Of a DNA stretch of 64,000 bases, positions 13,901-25,232 are shown piece after piece. The notes beneath the pieces were generated by a model that was given only the letters and a program-made list of their open reading frames with translations, made no database searches and was not told the origin of the DNA. This stretch comes from Callorhinchus milii. Its lineage: Eukaryota. The DNA lies in contig NW_024704743.1 of NCBI RefSeq assembly GCF_018977255.1, forward strand, positions 24,740,001 to 24,804,000. The letters are read 5' to 3'. The position numbers and the translations under genes were made by a program. Each line of letters starts with the position of its first letter. The stretch's first letter is position 1.

Positions 13901-16726
13901 CAATTTGGTGAAACGTTTTACATTATTATGATTTTTACACCACTCGAATAGGGACATCCAAATGGGAAACATGAGTGAAAATTGGCTGTCTAACTTTAAT
14001 TGTTTTGTGATTTGAGTAATAGCATGTAGATAATACACTGTGAACAATTTAAAGGTGGAAGAGAAAAAAGGAACTTGGCATTACCTGCTGGTCTTTGGAA
14101 CTCTTTACGTATTGTCGATTTCTTGTCATATTTTTAATGACGCCTATTACATCAGCAGATATGAGTTTGCTATTGCTAAGTGAAGGGTACTGGAGAACAA
14201 ATGGTGCCTTTGGAAGAAAGGCTATCTTTTCCTGCTCCCTCAAGTCTGAGGTCCGCACACCGATTGAGAGAACCTTGATACCGTCGTTTTTCAAGGCTGT
14301 GGCAGCTAAGCTCACATCATCCTCTGACGGTGCAGAAGTGATTATTACTGCAAGCTGAGGAACACCTTCATCTTTTCGGCTTCCGGCGGACGGCGTGAAA
14401 AAGGTTTTGTGGAGAAAATCGAGACCGCGGCCTGTTCTTAGACCCATGCCATTCTTAAATTTGTAATTCTTCTTCAGAAAATTCACAACATTATTCTTGT
14501 TTTGAAATTTATTCAGTAAGAACTCAGTTCGGGCGTCACCATTGTACTGAGCCAATCCAATCCTGTATCTGTTTTCTCCGATTTCCAGCTTGCTGATAAT
14601 TTTTAGAAGGACTGTTCGTGCAAGCAAATATTCTGAACGTCCCAACTTTGAAGATCCATCAACCAGGAACACAACATCACCAACATGTTCATCAGGAGCT
14701 GTTAAATTATAACAATAAAAAGTCAATACAACAATCTGCATTTACATAGCTCCATTCACATTCAAGAGCATCTCAGAGCGTTACAGAAAAGATGAACATT
14801 CTATAATATCTTTTTAAGTGTACTGACAGTTCTAAATAAAAGAAAATTGCTGTTTCAAAATGCTTCAGAGTATTTACTGTAAAGTCACTGTATTTTTTTT
14901 AGGTAAATGTGGCAGCCATTTTGCACACAGCAATGTCTCACAAAAAGCCATGTCAAATTTTATTTGGGGGTTATTTAGTGAGGACACGGGAAGAAACTCC
15001 CTTCTCTTTTCGACACCCCCCCCCCCCCCCGTCTAGCCAGACTAATGAGTAAAGCTCTGATATGGCGAGCCAGAATTTCCGGCTATCAAGTTTAATTACA
15101 ATGCCTTTACCGGCATTGTAATTCTTTGATTCCTGCAAGCAGAAGGAATAAGTTGTCTTCTACACATGGGATTCAAACATTCTGAGTCAAAGTTGACATC
15201 CCTGGTTGCTGTGAAGACTAGCAAGGACAGAGAGTGCAGCGTTGGGGCACTGGGAGAGTTGGGCCAGCAAGAATCTACAAGTGGAATTAAAAACTAAAAA
15301 AAACATTTTGGTTTCATGACTGGGCCAACTTGGTTGCAATTCCAGATACCAGTAAACCAGGGGGTTTACTGTAAATTGGGGGGAAAAAAAAGAAACGTTA
15401 CACAGTGTTCTGTGCAAGATTAAAAGGTTGATTTTTTTAAATTTGAAACAGTCTCAAAACTCTCAAATAAAGAATGTGAGATGTAAACCAGATTTCACAT
15501 TCAGCAGTCTGAGATTTGACCCAATTAATAGCACAATTGTCTCTGGCAATATTTGTTCAAACTCCCAAGTTACTTTGTCAAGGCTGATGCCCATTACAAT
15601 ACTGGAGAGCACTGCATTGGAGGAGGTGCCGTCTCTCGGATTAGATTGTGAATTGCGATTCTGTCCGCCTGGTCAGGTATGCAATAATGATCCCATAGCA
15701 GTAGCAGAAAAGAAAATGGGGCCTTCAGATAAATTAATCATGCAGTTCATGTGTTACCATTTGAGGAGAGAGAAACTATTATCTGTCTCAGATCAGCTAG
15801 CTTGACTTCATCACTAGAAATGTGAGGATTGAATATTCTGGAAGTTTCCTTGTTAACCTGGGAGACGAAGACATTTTTAACTTTCCTGAGGTGATGAATG
15901 GATCTGGTAAATTTCTGGTAGACTACAGATGGCTTTTCTCATTCCATGCTTTTATTCTGCTCTAATGACTTGTCATCTCTCTGCTCCTGAGACACCTACA
16001 TTGAACCTCATGCATCCATCCTCAGTCTTCTCCTTATCTACATGCTTTCTCTTGTCAACAGACATGGTGTCAGCATCCACAAATAGCAATGACACCCAAC
16101 CCGCACCTCTCTGCCTGCACCCTCAATTCCAGAACCACTGCTGTACTGACTAATTGCCTGGTCTGGATGAGCTTTAATTTCTGTCAGCAAGAGCTCATCC
16201 ACATTTCCACAGCTTGTATCCTCTCTCACACAAGGCTCTTTGTCATCACCCCATCCCTGCTGGGCTCTATTGAACTCTGTACCCCAGGGGATCACAAGAG
16301 TTTCGCAATACATTCTCTAGCAGGCTTGATGCCTTGGCGACTGCCAAACCAGCCCTGTGTTCTCCAGCGATTGGCAAGCGGGTTTGTCGTCTGTTACACC
16401 CCTTCACTCAGAAGGAGGGACATTAAGCTCTGCACATCTTACTGAAGCTTACAGATAGCTACCCCTCATTGATTAAAATAACCCACACACAGGTACAAAC
16501 AGTTCAAATTAAGACCATTTTAAAACAGCAGCTTACATTTATAACAACACCCCTTACGCAGAATAGCGTGCCGGAACCTTTAAAACCTTTCCATGTAGAC
16601 GGGTCATTAATACAGCAAGAAAAAACAGTAATGTAAATAAAGTTAATTACCTTTTTGTTGGGAGTTGACCACAAATGCACTTGCTGTCAGAAGGAATAAA
16701 GCCACTGTTACTCTCCACATTTCCAT
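1338..16726 (-). CDS. COL6A4/COL6A6-like: Gene B (multi-exon, probably 3'-partial): collagen VI alpha-4/alpha-6(VI)-like chain, signal peptide + 7 N-terminal VWA domains
   Basis: Signal-peptide exon plus seven 561-614 nt VWA exons with GT/AG ends, D(I/V).FL(V/I)DGS.S, T.TG.A and (V/I)ITDG motifs. One phase anomaly at the first VWA exon. Confidence 0.9.
2696..3262 (-). CDS. Gene B VWA exon 6 (567 nt)
   Basis: cccacag|AA TGT...TTG G|gtatgt; CELDKADIVFLIDGSSS...VITDGQSQD. Confidence 0.95.
3463..4038 (-). CDS. Gene B VWA exon 5 (576 nt)
   Basis: cttcacag|AT TGC...CCA G|gtgagc; CQKAEVADIVFVVDGSGS...VITDGEATD. Confidence 0.95.
4200..4471 (-). mobile_element. Ancient DeuSINE/SacSINE1-like relic (others near 15590-15720 and 22860-23175)
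   Basis: CACAACTTTCTGACTCAGAAGCAAGAGCGTTACCAACTGAACCA head-like motif plus a Deu-like body; recognised from memory. Confidence 0.5.
5234..5794 (-). CDS. Gene B VWA exon 4 (561 nt)
   Basis: cttttag|CC TGC...GAA G|gtaagc; ADIIFLIDGSGS...VITDGEAQD. Confidence 0.95.
5875..6130. repeat. Degenerate (GA)n / (TC)n low-complexity tract
   Basis: About 255 bp purine-rich GA/GT microsatellite upstream of the VWA exon 4 acceptor. Confidence 0.9.
6727..7140 (-). mobile_element. CR1 LINE 3' fragment
   Basis: TRGHSL...FFTQRVMNLWNSLPQ...FKTEIDRFL plus the CR1 3'UTR and tail. Confidence 0.9.
7972..8277 (-). mobile_element. tRNA-derived SINE
   Basis: Same head, body and (ATT)n tail as the other copies. Confidence 0.88.
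9716..10276 (-). CDS. Gene B VWA exon 3 (561 nt)
   Basis: ttttcag|GT TGT GTT...GCA G|gtaaga; CVKTEEADIFFLVDGSGS...TVTDGKSQD. Confidence 0.95.
10720..11029 (-). mobile_element. tRNA-derived SINE (short subfamily)
   Basis: Full length, near-identical to the 934-1251 copy. Confidence 0.9.
11375..11986 (-). CDS. Gene B VWA exon 2 (612 nt)
   Basis: tttttag|TG TGC CAG...CAA G|gtgagg; ADIIFLVDGSGS. Confidence 0.94.
12670..12955 (-). mobile_element. tRNA-derived SINE, long subfamily, 5'-truncated
   Basis: Tail and body match; head missing; followed by an inverted duplicate of part of its body. Confidence 0.8.
12835..13052. repeat. Perfect 66-bp inverted repeat (12835-12900 / 12987-13052)
   Basis: Arms are exact reverse complements, with an 86-bp spacer. 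Confidence 0.92.
13150..13830 (+). mobile_element. Decayed non-LTR retrotransposon 3' end (L2B/Crack-like group)
   Basis: Degenerate IYKGQVR..MEYSPLA.MG....TL.K....Q motif of RT C-terminal regions; family assignment from memory. Confidence 0.6.
14085..14698 (-). CDS. Gene B VWA exon 1 (N7-like; 614 nt, phase 1-0, apparently 1 nt short)
   Basis: tttaacag|CT CCT GAT; DVVFLVDGSSK...YRIGLAQY...AGSRKDEGVPQ; donor CAG|gtaatg. Confidence 0.9.
16651..16726 (-). CDS. Gene B signal-peptide exon MEMWRVTVALFLLTASAFVVNSQQK (exon 16651-16750 includes 24 nt of 5'UTR)
   Basis: ccctttttggtag| acceptor, strong Kozak CCACCATGG, hydrophobic core, AAA G|gtaatt phase 1 matching the next exon. Confidence 0.9.
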
Positions 16727-17304
16727 GGTGGTGAGAGCTCAATCAACCTCCTACCAAAAAGGGGGAAATCTATTTTACATCACAAATCACAATGTGCCTC
16801 AACACTTTCACATTATAACTTGTATTGTGATAAACGCAAGATTTGGGATTGATTAATTGTTCAGCTATCACTATTTGAAAGAATCATGTGAGTGTTGTCC
16901 TGACTGAGGGATGTCAGCTTTATAATGGTAGAAATCTCAAAAGCACGTTGTCAAAGACACAATATTCAGAGGCAAACAAATTGTCCTGTGGACAAGGTTG
17001 ACTCCTAATCATTCTGAATCCATTATTCTCTATTTAAATTTGGCAGTGTGCTTCAGTGCTTCAAACATGTTCTGGATAATCAACGTCTCCTTGTGGAGGA
17101 ATTGATTATCCAGAAGAGGACGTAATTTTGTAATTACAAATGTAATTTGGTTGTTGTTGTCAGAACATAAGAACATAAAAATGAAAGACTAAGGTGCATC
17201 CAGTCTGCTTTTCATCATTCTGGCAGTCGGATGCACAATGTATCCCAAGACATTATTTTCTAAAAGATATCTATCCAATCTAATTTGCTTTGGAAAGAAG
17301 AAGA

Positions 17305-18130
17305 AGAACAACAACATGCACTTATATAGCACCCTCCACGCAGGGCAGTGTCTCAGAGCGCTTAACAATGGTGGAGCCCAAGGCCGAGCCAGGGGGAGGG
17401 GGAAGGTGACCAAAGGCCTGGTCAAAAAGGAAAGTCTTCAGACATGACCTGAAAATGGGGAAGGAGGGGGCCAGGGGAAGGGGTTGAGGGAGGGAGTTCC
17501 AACATTTTTGGGGATAGTGGCTGAAGGCACGGCCTCCGATGGTGGAGCAGAAGGTTCGGGGGACACAGAGGAGGCCGGACCCAGTAGAGCGGAGGCAGCG
17601 GGTACTGCTGTGGGGAAAGAGGAGGTTAGGGAGATGGGGGGGTTCCAAGGAATGGTGGGATTTAAATACTAGAGTGAGGATTTTGAAGTCGATCAGCTCT
17701 GTGACAGGGAGCCAGTGGAGTTTGCCAAGGACTGGAGTAAATAGGGTACAAAGTTTGGTGCAGGTGAAAATGCGGGCAGCGGAGTATTGAATGAGCTGGA
17801 TAGTGGAGGAGGGGAGACCGGCAAGGAGGGCCAGTTTCCCATCCTCCACTATTCACAATAACAACTTGCATTTATATAGCGCCCTTCATGCGGGGTGGCG
17901 TTCTGGAGTGATTGACAGTTGCAGAGTCTGACCCCGAGCCAGGGGGCAAGGGAGTGGAGAGGTGACTGTAAGCTTGATCCAAAAGGAAGGTCTTTAGGTG
18001 GAATTTGAAAGTGGAGAGGATGGGGTCAAGGTGGAGGGATTGAGGGAGAAAGTTCCAGAGTTTCGAGGCACAGTGGCTGAAGGCACGGCCACCAAAGGTC
18101 AAGCAAAGGAGATGAGGGGATAAACAGGAG
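17305..18130 (-). mobile_element. Two tandem L2-clade LINE 3' fragments
   Basis: ORF2 C-terminal IQYSAARI...[14 protein letters not shown]...GGRAFSH...WNSLP...LKTFLF; (TTG)n tails. Confidence 0.9.
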
Positions 18131-18890
18131 CGTACTCCCTATGGAGCTTCCACCATCTCCCTAGGGAACCTGTTCCATACACTTACTACTCACTCACTGT
18201 TGTAGTGCTTCTGCAGATTTACTGTGAACTTGCAGTATCGCAGGCCATGTTCTCTAGGTTCTATCATTATGGACAATGGTGTGGTAGTTTAGTAGTTTGT
18301 GTCTCTGCCTTTCATGTGGAGATTGAGGTTCAATTTCCCGATGGAAAAAGGCAACACTTAATACATATTACATGAGGCCAAATTTATATTAGAATAATTG
18401 CATTCCTCTTTAACTGTTAGTTTAATTTCTAAAAATGGTGTACGTGTGTGTGTCGGGAGAAAGGTTGGCCATGGTGAGCACAAATTTCAGCTCTCCTCGG
18501 TCAATCTTGGGAAAACAAAGTAACATAGGGCCCAGTTTAGGGTCTAAAAATTAAAATTCCTCACCTCAGGGTCAAACAAAATGGGAGCTTCAAGACCTTG
18601 AGGAATAAATCACTTACCTGGAGAGGGATGCATCACTTGGTAGCATTTGTAGAACACGAACCTACACCTTATCTCATCTGCTAACAATTCAGAGATTGTA
18701 ATTGGTTTATCCACAATAGGAATAATCTTTCAGTATTTATCCTCTCAGCCCTTTACAGAATTTTGAACAACTCTATTAGATGTCTTCTTAGCCTTCTATT
18801 AGATGTCCAAAATGAAATATGTTTGGGTGTCTATTTCCTAACAGAGCATTTGTTGTTGTGCCAATAAATGCTGCACCAATTAGCTCTAAA

Positions 18891-19215
18891 TAATAATAAT
18901 AATAATAATAATCCTTGCATTTGATATAGCGCTTTTCACGTCGGGAGGACGTCCCAAAGCGCTTCACAGAATATACTGTAAAGTGAATTGACTGTATATT
19001 TGTGGGCGAACGCGGCAGCCAATTGCGCACAGCAATGTCCCACAAACAGTCGTAGATTGGAAATGACCAATTTATTATTGTTTTGGGTTTTTTGGAGGGA
19101 TTTTTATTAGGCGTGTGGAGTAAGGAAACTTGCCCAAGGTTTCGCCCTGCCTGGAATTGAACCCAGGTGTCTTGCTTGCAAAGCAAGTGCTCTAACCACT
19201 GAGCTACAGGACTCC
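18891..19215 (-). mobile_element. tRNA(Ala-like)-derived SINE, full-length young copy
   Basis: GGAGTCCTGTAGCTCAGTGGTTAGAGCACTTGCTTTGCAAGCAAGACACCTGGGTTCAATTCCAGGCAGGGCGA head (TGC at the anticodon position) and (ATT)n tail. Confidence 0.92.
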
Positions 19216-20794
19216 ACAATACTCACTCACTGTTGATAAATTGATAATGTATGTCAATTAGAGAATGGCAGCTGGTATAGGAAATTAACTCCATATATAG
19301 GGAAGGAAGTACTATTCTGAGGTTTACACTGTGAGTTCAAAGTGTAGCATTAGCTTTGCACCTGACCTGGTGACTGATCTGCAGATACCATTATAAATAC
19401 CCCAGAATCTACCATAACTCTCTACAAAGGGGGAATGATATATTTACATAAGGAAAGGAAGTAAAAGAAGTAAAACTGATGAATGGCACTGTAGTAATCT
19501 AGGCAAAGACTACAATGCACGCGGGGGATTCTAGTCCTGGATTCAAACTCTGGTTACAGCAATCAAATCTATCTTCTATGCCATCTCTCTCTCTTCCCTT
19601 ACACTCCTATATCATATTGCTACCATCAGTTACTGCAGGAAAGTCTGAAACGTTTGGAAATGACACCTTATGTTCAAAACAACTTAATAGCAACTTCTCT
19701 CTCGAGCTGTGCACTTTCTTAAAACACACCGAAGGGGAAAACGTCAAAATTTGGAAGAGATTAATTATCCATTTAAACAAATAAAATAACAAATAAACAA
19801 ATAAATATACCTTTTTTTTTCCTCCTATAAGAGATTTCAGGAGAAATAAATCCATTGCAGAAGTGAAAGTTTACAGTCTCTGCTGTTGAAGCTCAAGTGT
19901 CTAGACTTAGCTACTAATCTACCAAACAACAGACCAAACAATGTGAAAAGGTGCTAAATTAAATGCAAGGATTATTATTATTATTTAAAAATACAAAGCA
20001 ATTTGAAAGACAACGACCATATATAAACAAAAGGCAAAAACTTTACATTTTGAATTAATAGGTAGATCCATAAACCAATGTGATAATGGTAGTTTCTTAT
20101 GTTTATATCTCAATCAAAGTCATTAAAAGCTTTTACATTTGGATCGGATAGTCAACAAATACTGTAACATGGGACAGCAAAATCAAGATTTCTTCTTGCA
20201 CTTAAGCATGGAGAGACTCCTAAATCGCCAAACCCAAAGTCTTTCAAAGCAAACAAAATTAGCACAAACGTATTAAAACGTTTGGGTAAAATTCAGCTAA
20301 TTAATATTTAATCCATTTTTAATTTAATAAAAGGCATTCAGAGCCTTTTAGTTTACAACGGATTCTTAATTCAGAATTGAATATTACCATTCGAATTATA
20401 ATTCACACATTTGCTTCCAAAAGTCATCAACGACTCGAGCATTAACAGTTCAGTTCAGCGTGAGCATCACTCCATCGTGTAGATCTATACACTCGATATT
20501 TAATCTCCTTATAATGTGACTTGTTCCTTACAATTCGAATAACCTATGTTTACTTATGTTCCAGTAACACCTCGAGTGGACTCGACTGGTAACAACTGTG
20601 TTACTGTTACTGCAAAGTCCTTATTGTTAAATCATTATTTTTGTGCTGAAACTTCTAGTGTATTTAGCACGCAGTACATTATCAATATCATTTGAATATA
20701 AACTTTTTTTTAAAACTCAATGCAAGTGTTTGCACATTTAATTTCTGCCCAGAGCCAGTGTGCAAACAAGAGAGAAGAGGATCAGAGGACTTAC

Positions 20795-21080
20795 CTATTC
20801 ACTTACTTACTACATCAGTTGCCTGGAGCAGGTTCTGAAATTCCATGTTAATCTTCCATTGGGTCATGTTTTAAACCTCTCAGAGGCTCCTCCTAACTTC
20901 TCAAATGGGGAGCCAGCCCCATCAGGTGTTTGGAAATATCTCAGCAGATTTGACTGTAATTGAAACCCTCCTCCTTTCCTCGCCTCTTCCCGGATTCTGT
21001 GTTGGGAGTGATTCCATTTGGATGCAGTAGTTTTTCCAGGCAGCTAGCTGATGTATTTCCCGTTTTCTCCCTGCTCTGGG
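20795..21080 (-). promoter_or_regulatory. Possible promoter/non-coding first exon of gene B
   Basis: Strong minus-strand donor AG|GTAAGT at 20794-20789 with tandem GTAAGT alternatives at 20801-20810, in a repeat-free stretch upstream of the acceptor-bearing ATG exon. A rival donor lies near 18613-18618. Confidence 0.3.
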
Positions 21081-21546
21081 CCAGTGATCACAGCCAAGTA
21101 TTACTATGAAGTTACAACATACACATTGGCGTGAAGCTACTCAGCTGAACCAGATAAGAGAAAAAAAGAGTAATTTCTAAAAGAATCCAAATCAGCTGCT
21201 TTAAGGATGTAAAAGATGAGCGGAGATTTTAATGATCTGAATGTGAAGTACTGTATATTTCAGCAGGAAATATACAATAGTTTTAAATAAACAAAAAAAT
21301 TGGAAAAATGCCTACTGACAAAAGATTTGGATGTGAGTATTGACAATACATTTTAGATTCAGATACATTCAGCAGTTGTGCTGTTGACACAGACAAACTA
21401 TTTCAGGTCAGCCAGGACAAACACATGTCCACTCACAGACATTTGTTTTAAGATTAACTGCATGAAACTCAGCATGATGCATAAGTTTTGCCAAGGCATG
21501 GCTAATTACATTGAAGATTTACTGCAAATGCAGGAAGTAATAACAG

Positions 21547-22800
21547 TAATAATAATAATAATAATCCTTGCATTTGATACAGCGCTTTTCACGTCGGGAG
21601 GACGTCCCAAAGCGCTTCACAGGACACACTGTAAAGTGAATTGACTGTATATTTGTGGGCGAACGCGGCAGCCAATTGCGCACAGCAGTGTCCCAAAAAC
21701 AATCGTAGATTGAGTGACCAAATTATTATAGTCCTTGCTTTTGATATAACACCTTATCACATCTTCGAGAAGTCTCAAAGCTCTTCACAGCATATACTGT
21801 AAAGTGAATTGACTGTATACTTTGTAGGCAAAATGTGGCAGCCAATTGCACACAGCAGTGTCCCAAAAACAATCGTAGATTGAGTGACCAAATTATTATT
21901 ATTATTTTTGAAGGGATTTTACCCCCGGAAAAGCGATCTGCCAATCAACTAACAACCGGATTCCTACCTACTGCGAGGTAAACAGAGGCGTGGAGTGAGG
22001 AAACTTGCCTAACATTTCACCCAAAGTTTTGCCCTGCTCGGGAATAAACCCAGGTCCTACCGCTTGTGAGGCGAGTGCTCTAATCACTAAACTACAAGAC
22101 TCCACTTGTCTTGCAGTGTATTGGTTAGATTTCCAGGGGAATAATAATAATACTACTAATAATAATTTGGTCACTCAATCCATGACTGTTTGTGGAACAC
22201 TGCTGTGCACAATTGGCTGCCACGTTTCACTCACAAAATGTACAGGTCAATTCACTTTCTATTTTGTTTTGTGAAACGCTTTGAGACGTCTCAAAGGCAT
22301 GATAAGGCGTATCAAATGCACGGATTATTATTATGATTAAATGGTGCTCAATGGAACAAAATGAAGTGGGATCTCTCAGACTATATGCAGCAGGGAAATG
22401 TTTTAGTCCGCATAGGTTCAGGATGTCCATTTCCTCCTTTACCGTCCCATAAACTCAAGATTTAACATGTGAGAACTGACAATCAGCAGGTTTAACAACA
22501 ACAACTTGCTTTTATATAGTGCTTCACGCACATTGTTGAAACATCTCAAAGTGCTTCACAGAACATATTGTAAAGTGGATTGACAGTGTATTTTGTGGGC
22601 AAATCGCTGCATGCCAATTGTGTACAGCAGTGTTTCACAAACAGTCGGGGATTAAGTGACCAAACTAATGGGTTCCTACTTACTGCTAGATAAACAGAAG
22701 CTTGTGGATTAAGGAAATTTGCCTAAGGTTTCGCCCTGCTCAGTAATCAAACCCAGGTCCTCTGCCTTGCGAAACAATTGTGCTAACCACTATGCTACAG
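21547..22800. mobile_element. Cluster of 4 SINE copies or fragments (21547-21728 -, 21729-22103 -, ~22160-22335 +, ~22495-22800 -)
   Basis: Repeated SINE tail, body and head motifs on both strands. Confidence 0.85.
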
Positions 22801-23177
22801 TGTTCCATAGTGCTCTATTGAGCAAGATGTTGTTTTTAATGCTGATCGTTGAATTTGACATATCTTTGAGACATCTCAAAATGCTTCACAGGATTCCACA
22901 GTGAAGGATAGTGACTGTGTATTTGCAGGCAAACACAGCAGTAATTTACACATAGCAATGACCCACAATGTTCCATGAAGTGTGTAACCAATCTATATCT
23001 GGGAGATTGTTGGCCAGGACATCAGGAGGAATCCTCTTCTCTTTTTGAATAGCACCATGAGATCTTTCATGTCCACCTACACAGGAAGATGGGACATTGA
23101 ATTTTGCCGAATCAACCAAATGACCAAACTGCAACAATGCATCATTCCTCCTGCACTGCATTGGAGTGTCAGCCTGA

Positions 23178-23710
23178 ACAACAACAACAACAACAACTAC
23201 AAGATTTCATTTGTATAGCGCCTTTCACGTCGGGAGGACGTCCCAAGGTGCTGGACAGACCCGAGCTGGGGTTGGGGGGATAAGGGAGGGGAGGGGAAGG
23301 GGGTGATCAATGGCATGGTCGAAGAGGAGGGTGTTGAGGCAGGACTAGAAGGGGGCTAAGGAGGGGGCGAAGCAGAGTGATTGGGGGATGGAGTTCCAGA
23401 GGTTGGGGGCAGAGTGGCTGAAGGCTTTCCTGCCAATGGTGGGGCGGGTGGGTCGGGGGACATGGAGCAGGCCAGAGCCGGCTGAGTGGAGGGAGCGGGA
23501 GGGTTGGTAGGGGGTTAGGAAGCCGCAGAGGTAGGGTGGGGTGAGACCATTGAGGGCTTTGAAGGTGAGGACCAGGATTTTGAACTGGATCCTCTGAAGG
23601 ATAGGGAGCCAAAGGAGTCGGGTGAGAATGGGGGAGATGGGGTCACAGAGTTTGGTGCGGGAGAGGACACGGGCTGCAGGGTTCTAGATTATCTGCAGCC
23701 TGTGGAGATT
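23178..23710 (-). mobile_element. L2 LINE 3' fragment
   Basis: Tail GGGACGTCCTCCCGACGTGAAAGGCGCTATAC + (TTG)n; LHWLP/FKIL-coding homology. Confidence 0.88.
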
Positions 23711-24444
23711 CAGCCTAAATCTTTTCCCTTTCTGCACCCTCTAACGTGGGTACAAACCATGTCAATCGCCTTGGGATGTCCTCTGGACATAAAAGGTGTT
23801 ATACAAGTTGTATTTTAGTTGTATTTGTTCCTTGATTTGATGTAGCTGCTTCTCAGGTCATCAAAATATCTCAAAGCGCCTCATGGATTATAGTGTAAAA
23901 TGTATTTTGTGGGCAAAAGCGGGAGCCAGTTGCGAATGGCAATGTCCTAGGAACTGCCATGGACTAATTTTATTTGGGGGATTGTTGGCCAGAACACTGG
24001 GAGAAATGTCCTTCTCTTTTCGATTAATGCCATGGTATCTCTAACATGCACTTGAACAGGCAAATGGGAAATGTTTCATTTGAAGGATGGCGTGGGTCAC
24101 ACCTTGTGTAACAGTGGAAAAATCTGTATAAACCTCTTTTCTGGGCTTTTGATCATCATTTTTCTCAAAGTTCTGATGTTCTTCATTGTTGACAGTTTTT
24201 TGAATGGCATAACTTTGTTTACACATGTGTTTCAGTTAACTTGGATATTTGCCAAAGTAAGCTTTGATTTTAAAATAAACAGCTACAGTAGCATATTTCA
24301 TGTTCAAAAGCTCAAGTACTGCAGATACAGAAAATCTGAAATAAAAACAGAGTAACTATGTGTTCTGTCCCATCTTAATAAAAAACACAACTTGGAGAAG
24401 TTAACCATCCTGACATCATCAATTATGTCCAATTAAGGAGGAAT

Positions 24445-25232
24445 CTATTCCAAGGCGCTGGACAATCAGTGTTTCAGACCCGGGCTGAGCGAGCGGAATC
24501 AAGGAGGGTGGAAGGCAGGGGGGGAGGGAGGATGATCGAAGGTACGGTCCGATGGGTCTTGAAGGAGGCAAGGTAGGGGGCGAGGAGGAGGGATTGTGGG
24601 ATGGAGTTCCAGAGAGTGGGGATAGAGTGGCTGAAGGCCCGCCTGCCAATGGTGGGGCAGGCAAGGTGGGGGACGTGCAGCACGCTGGAGCCCGCTGAGC
24701 GGAGGAAGCGAGCAGGTTCGTAGGGGGTTAGGAGGTCGCAGAGGTAGGGGGAACAAGACCATGGAGGGCTTTGAAGGTGAGGACCAAGATCTTCAACTGT
24801 ATGGGAAGCCAGTGGAGTCGGGCGAGAAAGGGGGTGATAGGGTCACGGAGCCTGGTGCGGGAGAGGACATGGGCTGCAGAGTTCTGGATGATCTTCAGCC
24901 TATGGAGGGAAGAGTTGGGGAGGCCGACAAGCAGGGAGTTTGCGTAGTCAAGCCTGGATGTTACAAATGCGTGTATGAGGGTTTCAGAGGCCTGCAGTGT
25001 GAAACAGTGGCAGAACTGGGTGATGTTGCGGAGGTGGAGGAAGGCAGAGCGGGTCATGACACAGATGTGGAGTAGAAAGGATAGTTGAGGATCAAACAAG
25101 ACCCCAAGGTTCTGGACTGGCTTAGCAAGGTGGAGTGTGCAACCATGGATGGTGATGCTGTCAGCGCCCGAGGTGAGGAGGTGCTGATGGGAGCCAACCA
25201 GGAGAGCCTCGGTCTTGTTGACATTCAACTGA
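24445..25232 (-). mobile_element. L2 LINE fragment
   Basis: [13 protein letters not shown]...NLGVLFD..LSF...[16 protein letters not shown]...LHWLP. Confidence 0.92.

Noticed and set aside
14095..14358. Plus-strand ORFs overlapping VWA exons (also 1753, 3103, 3758, 10090, 38098)
   Set aside because: Antisense shadows of the minus-strand coding exons.
19140..19215. tRNA-Ala(TGC)-like sequence, with similar copies near 1180-1251, 10955-11029, 28505 and 51010
   Set aside because: Each is fused to a SINE body and (ATT)n tail, so these are SINE heads rather than tRNA genes.
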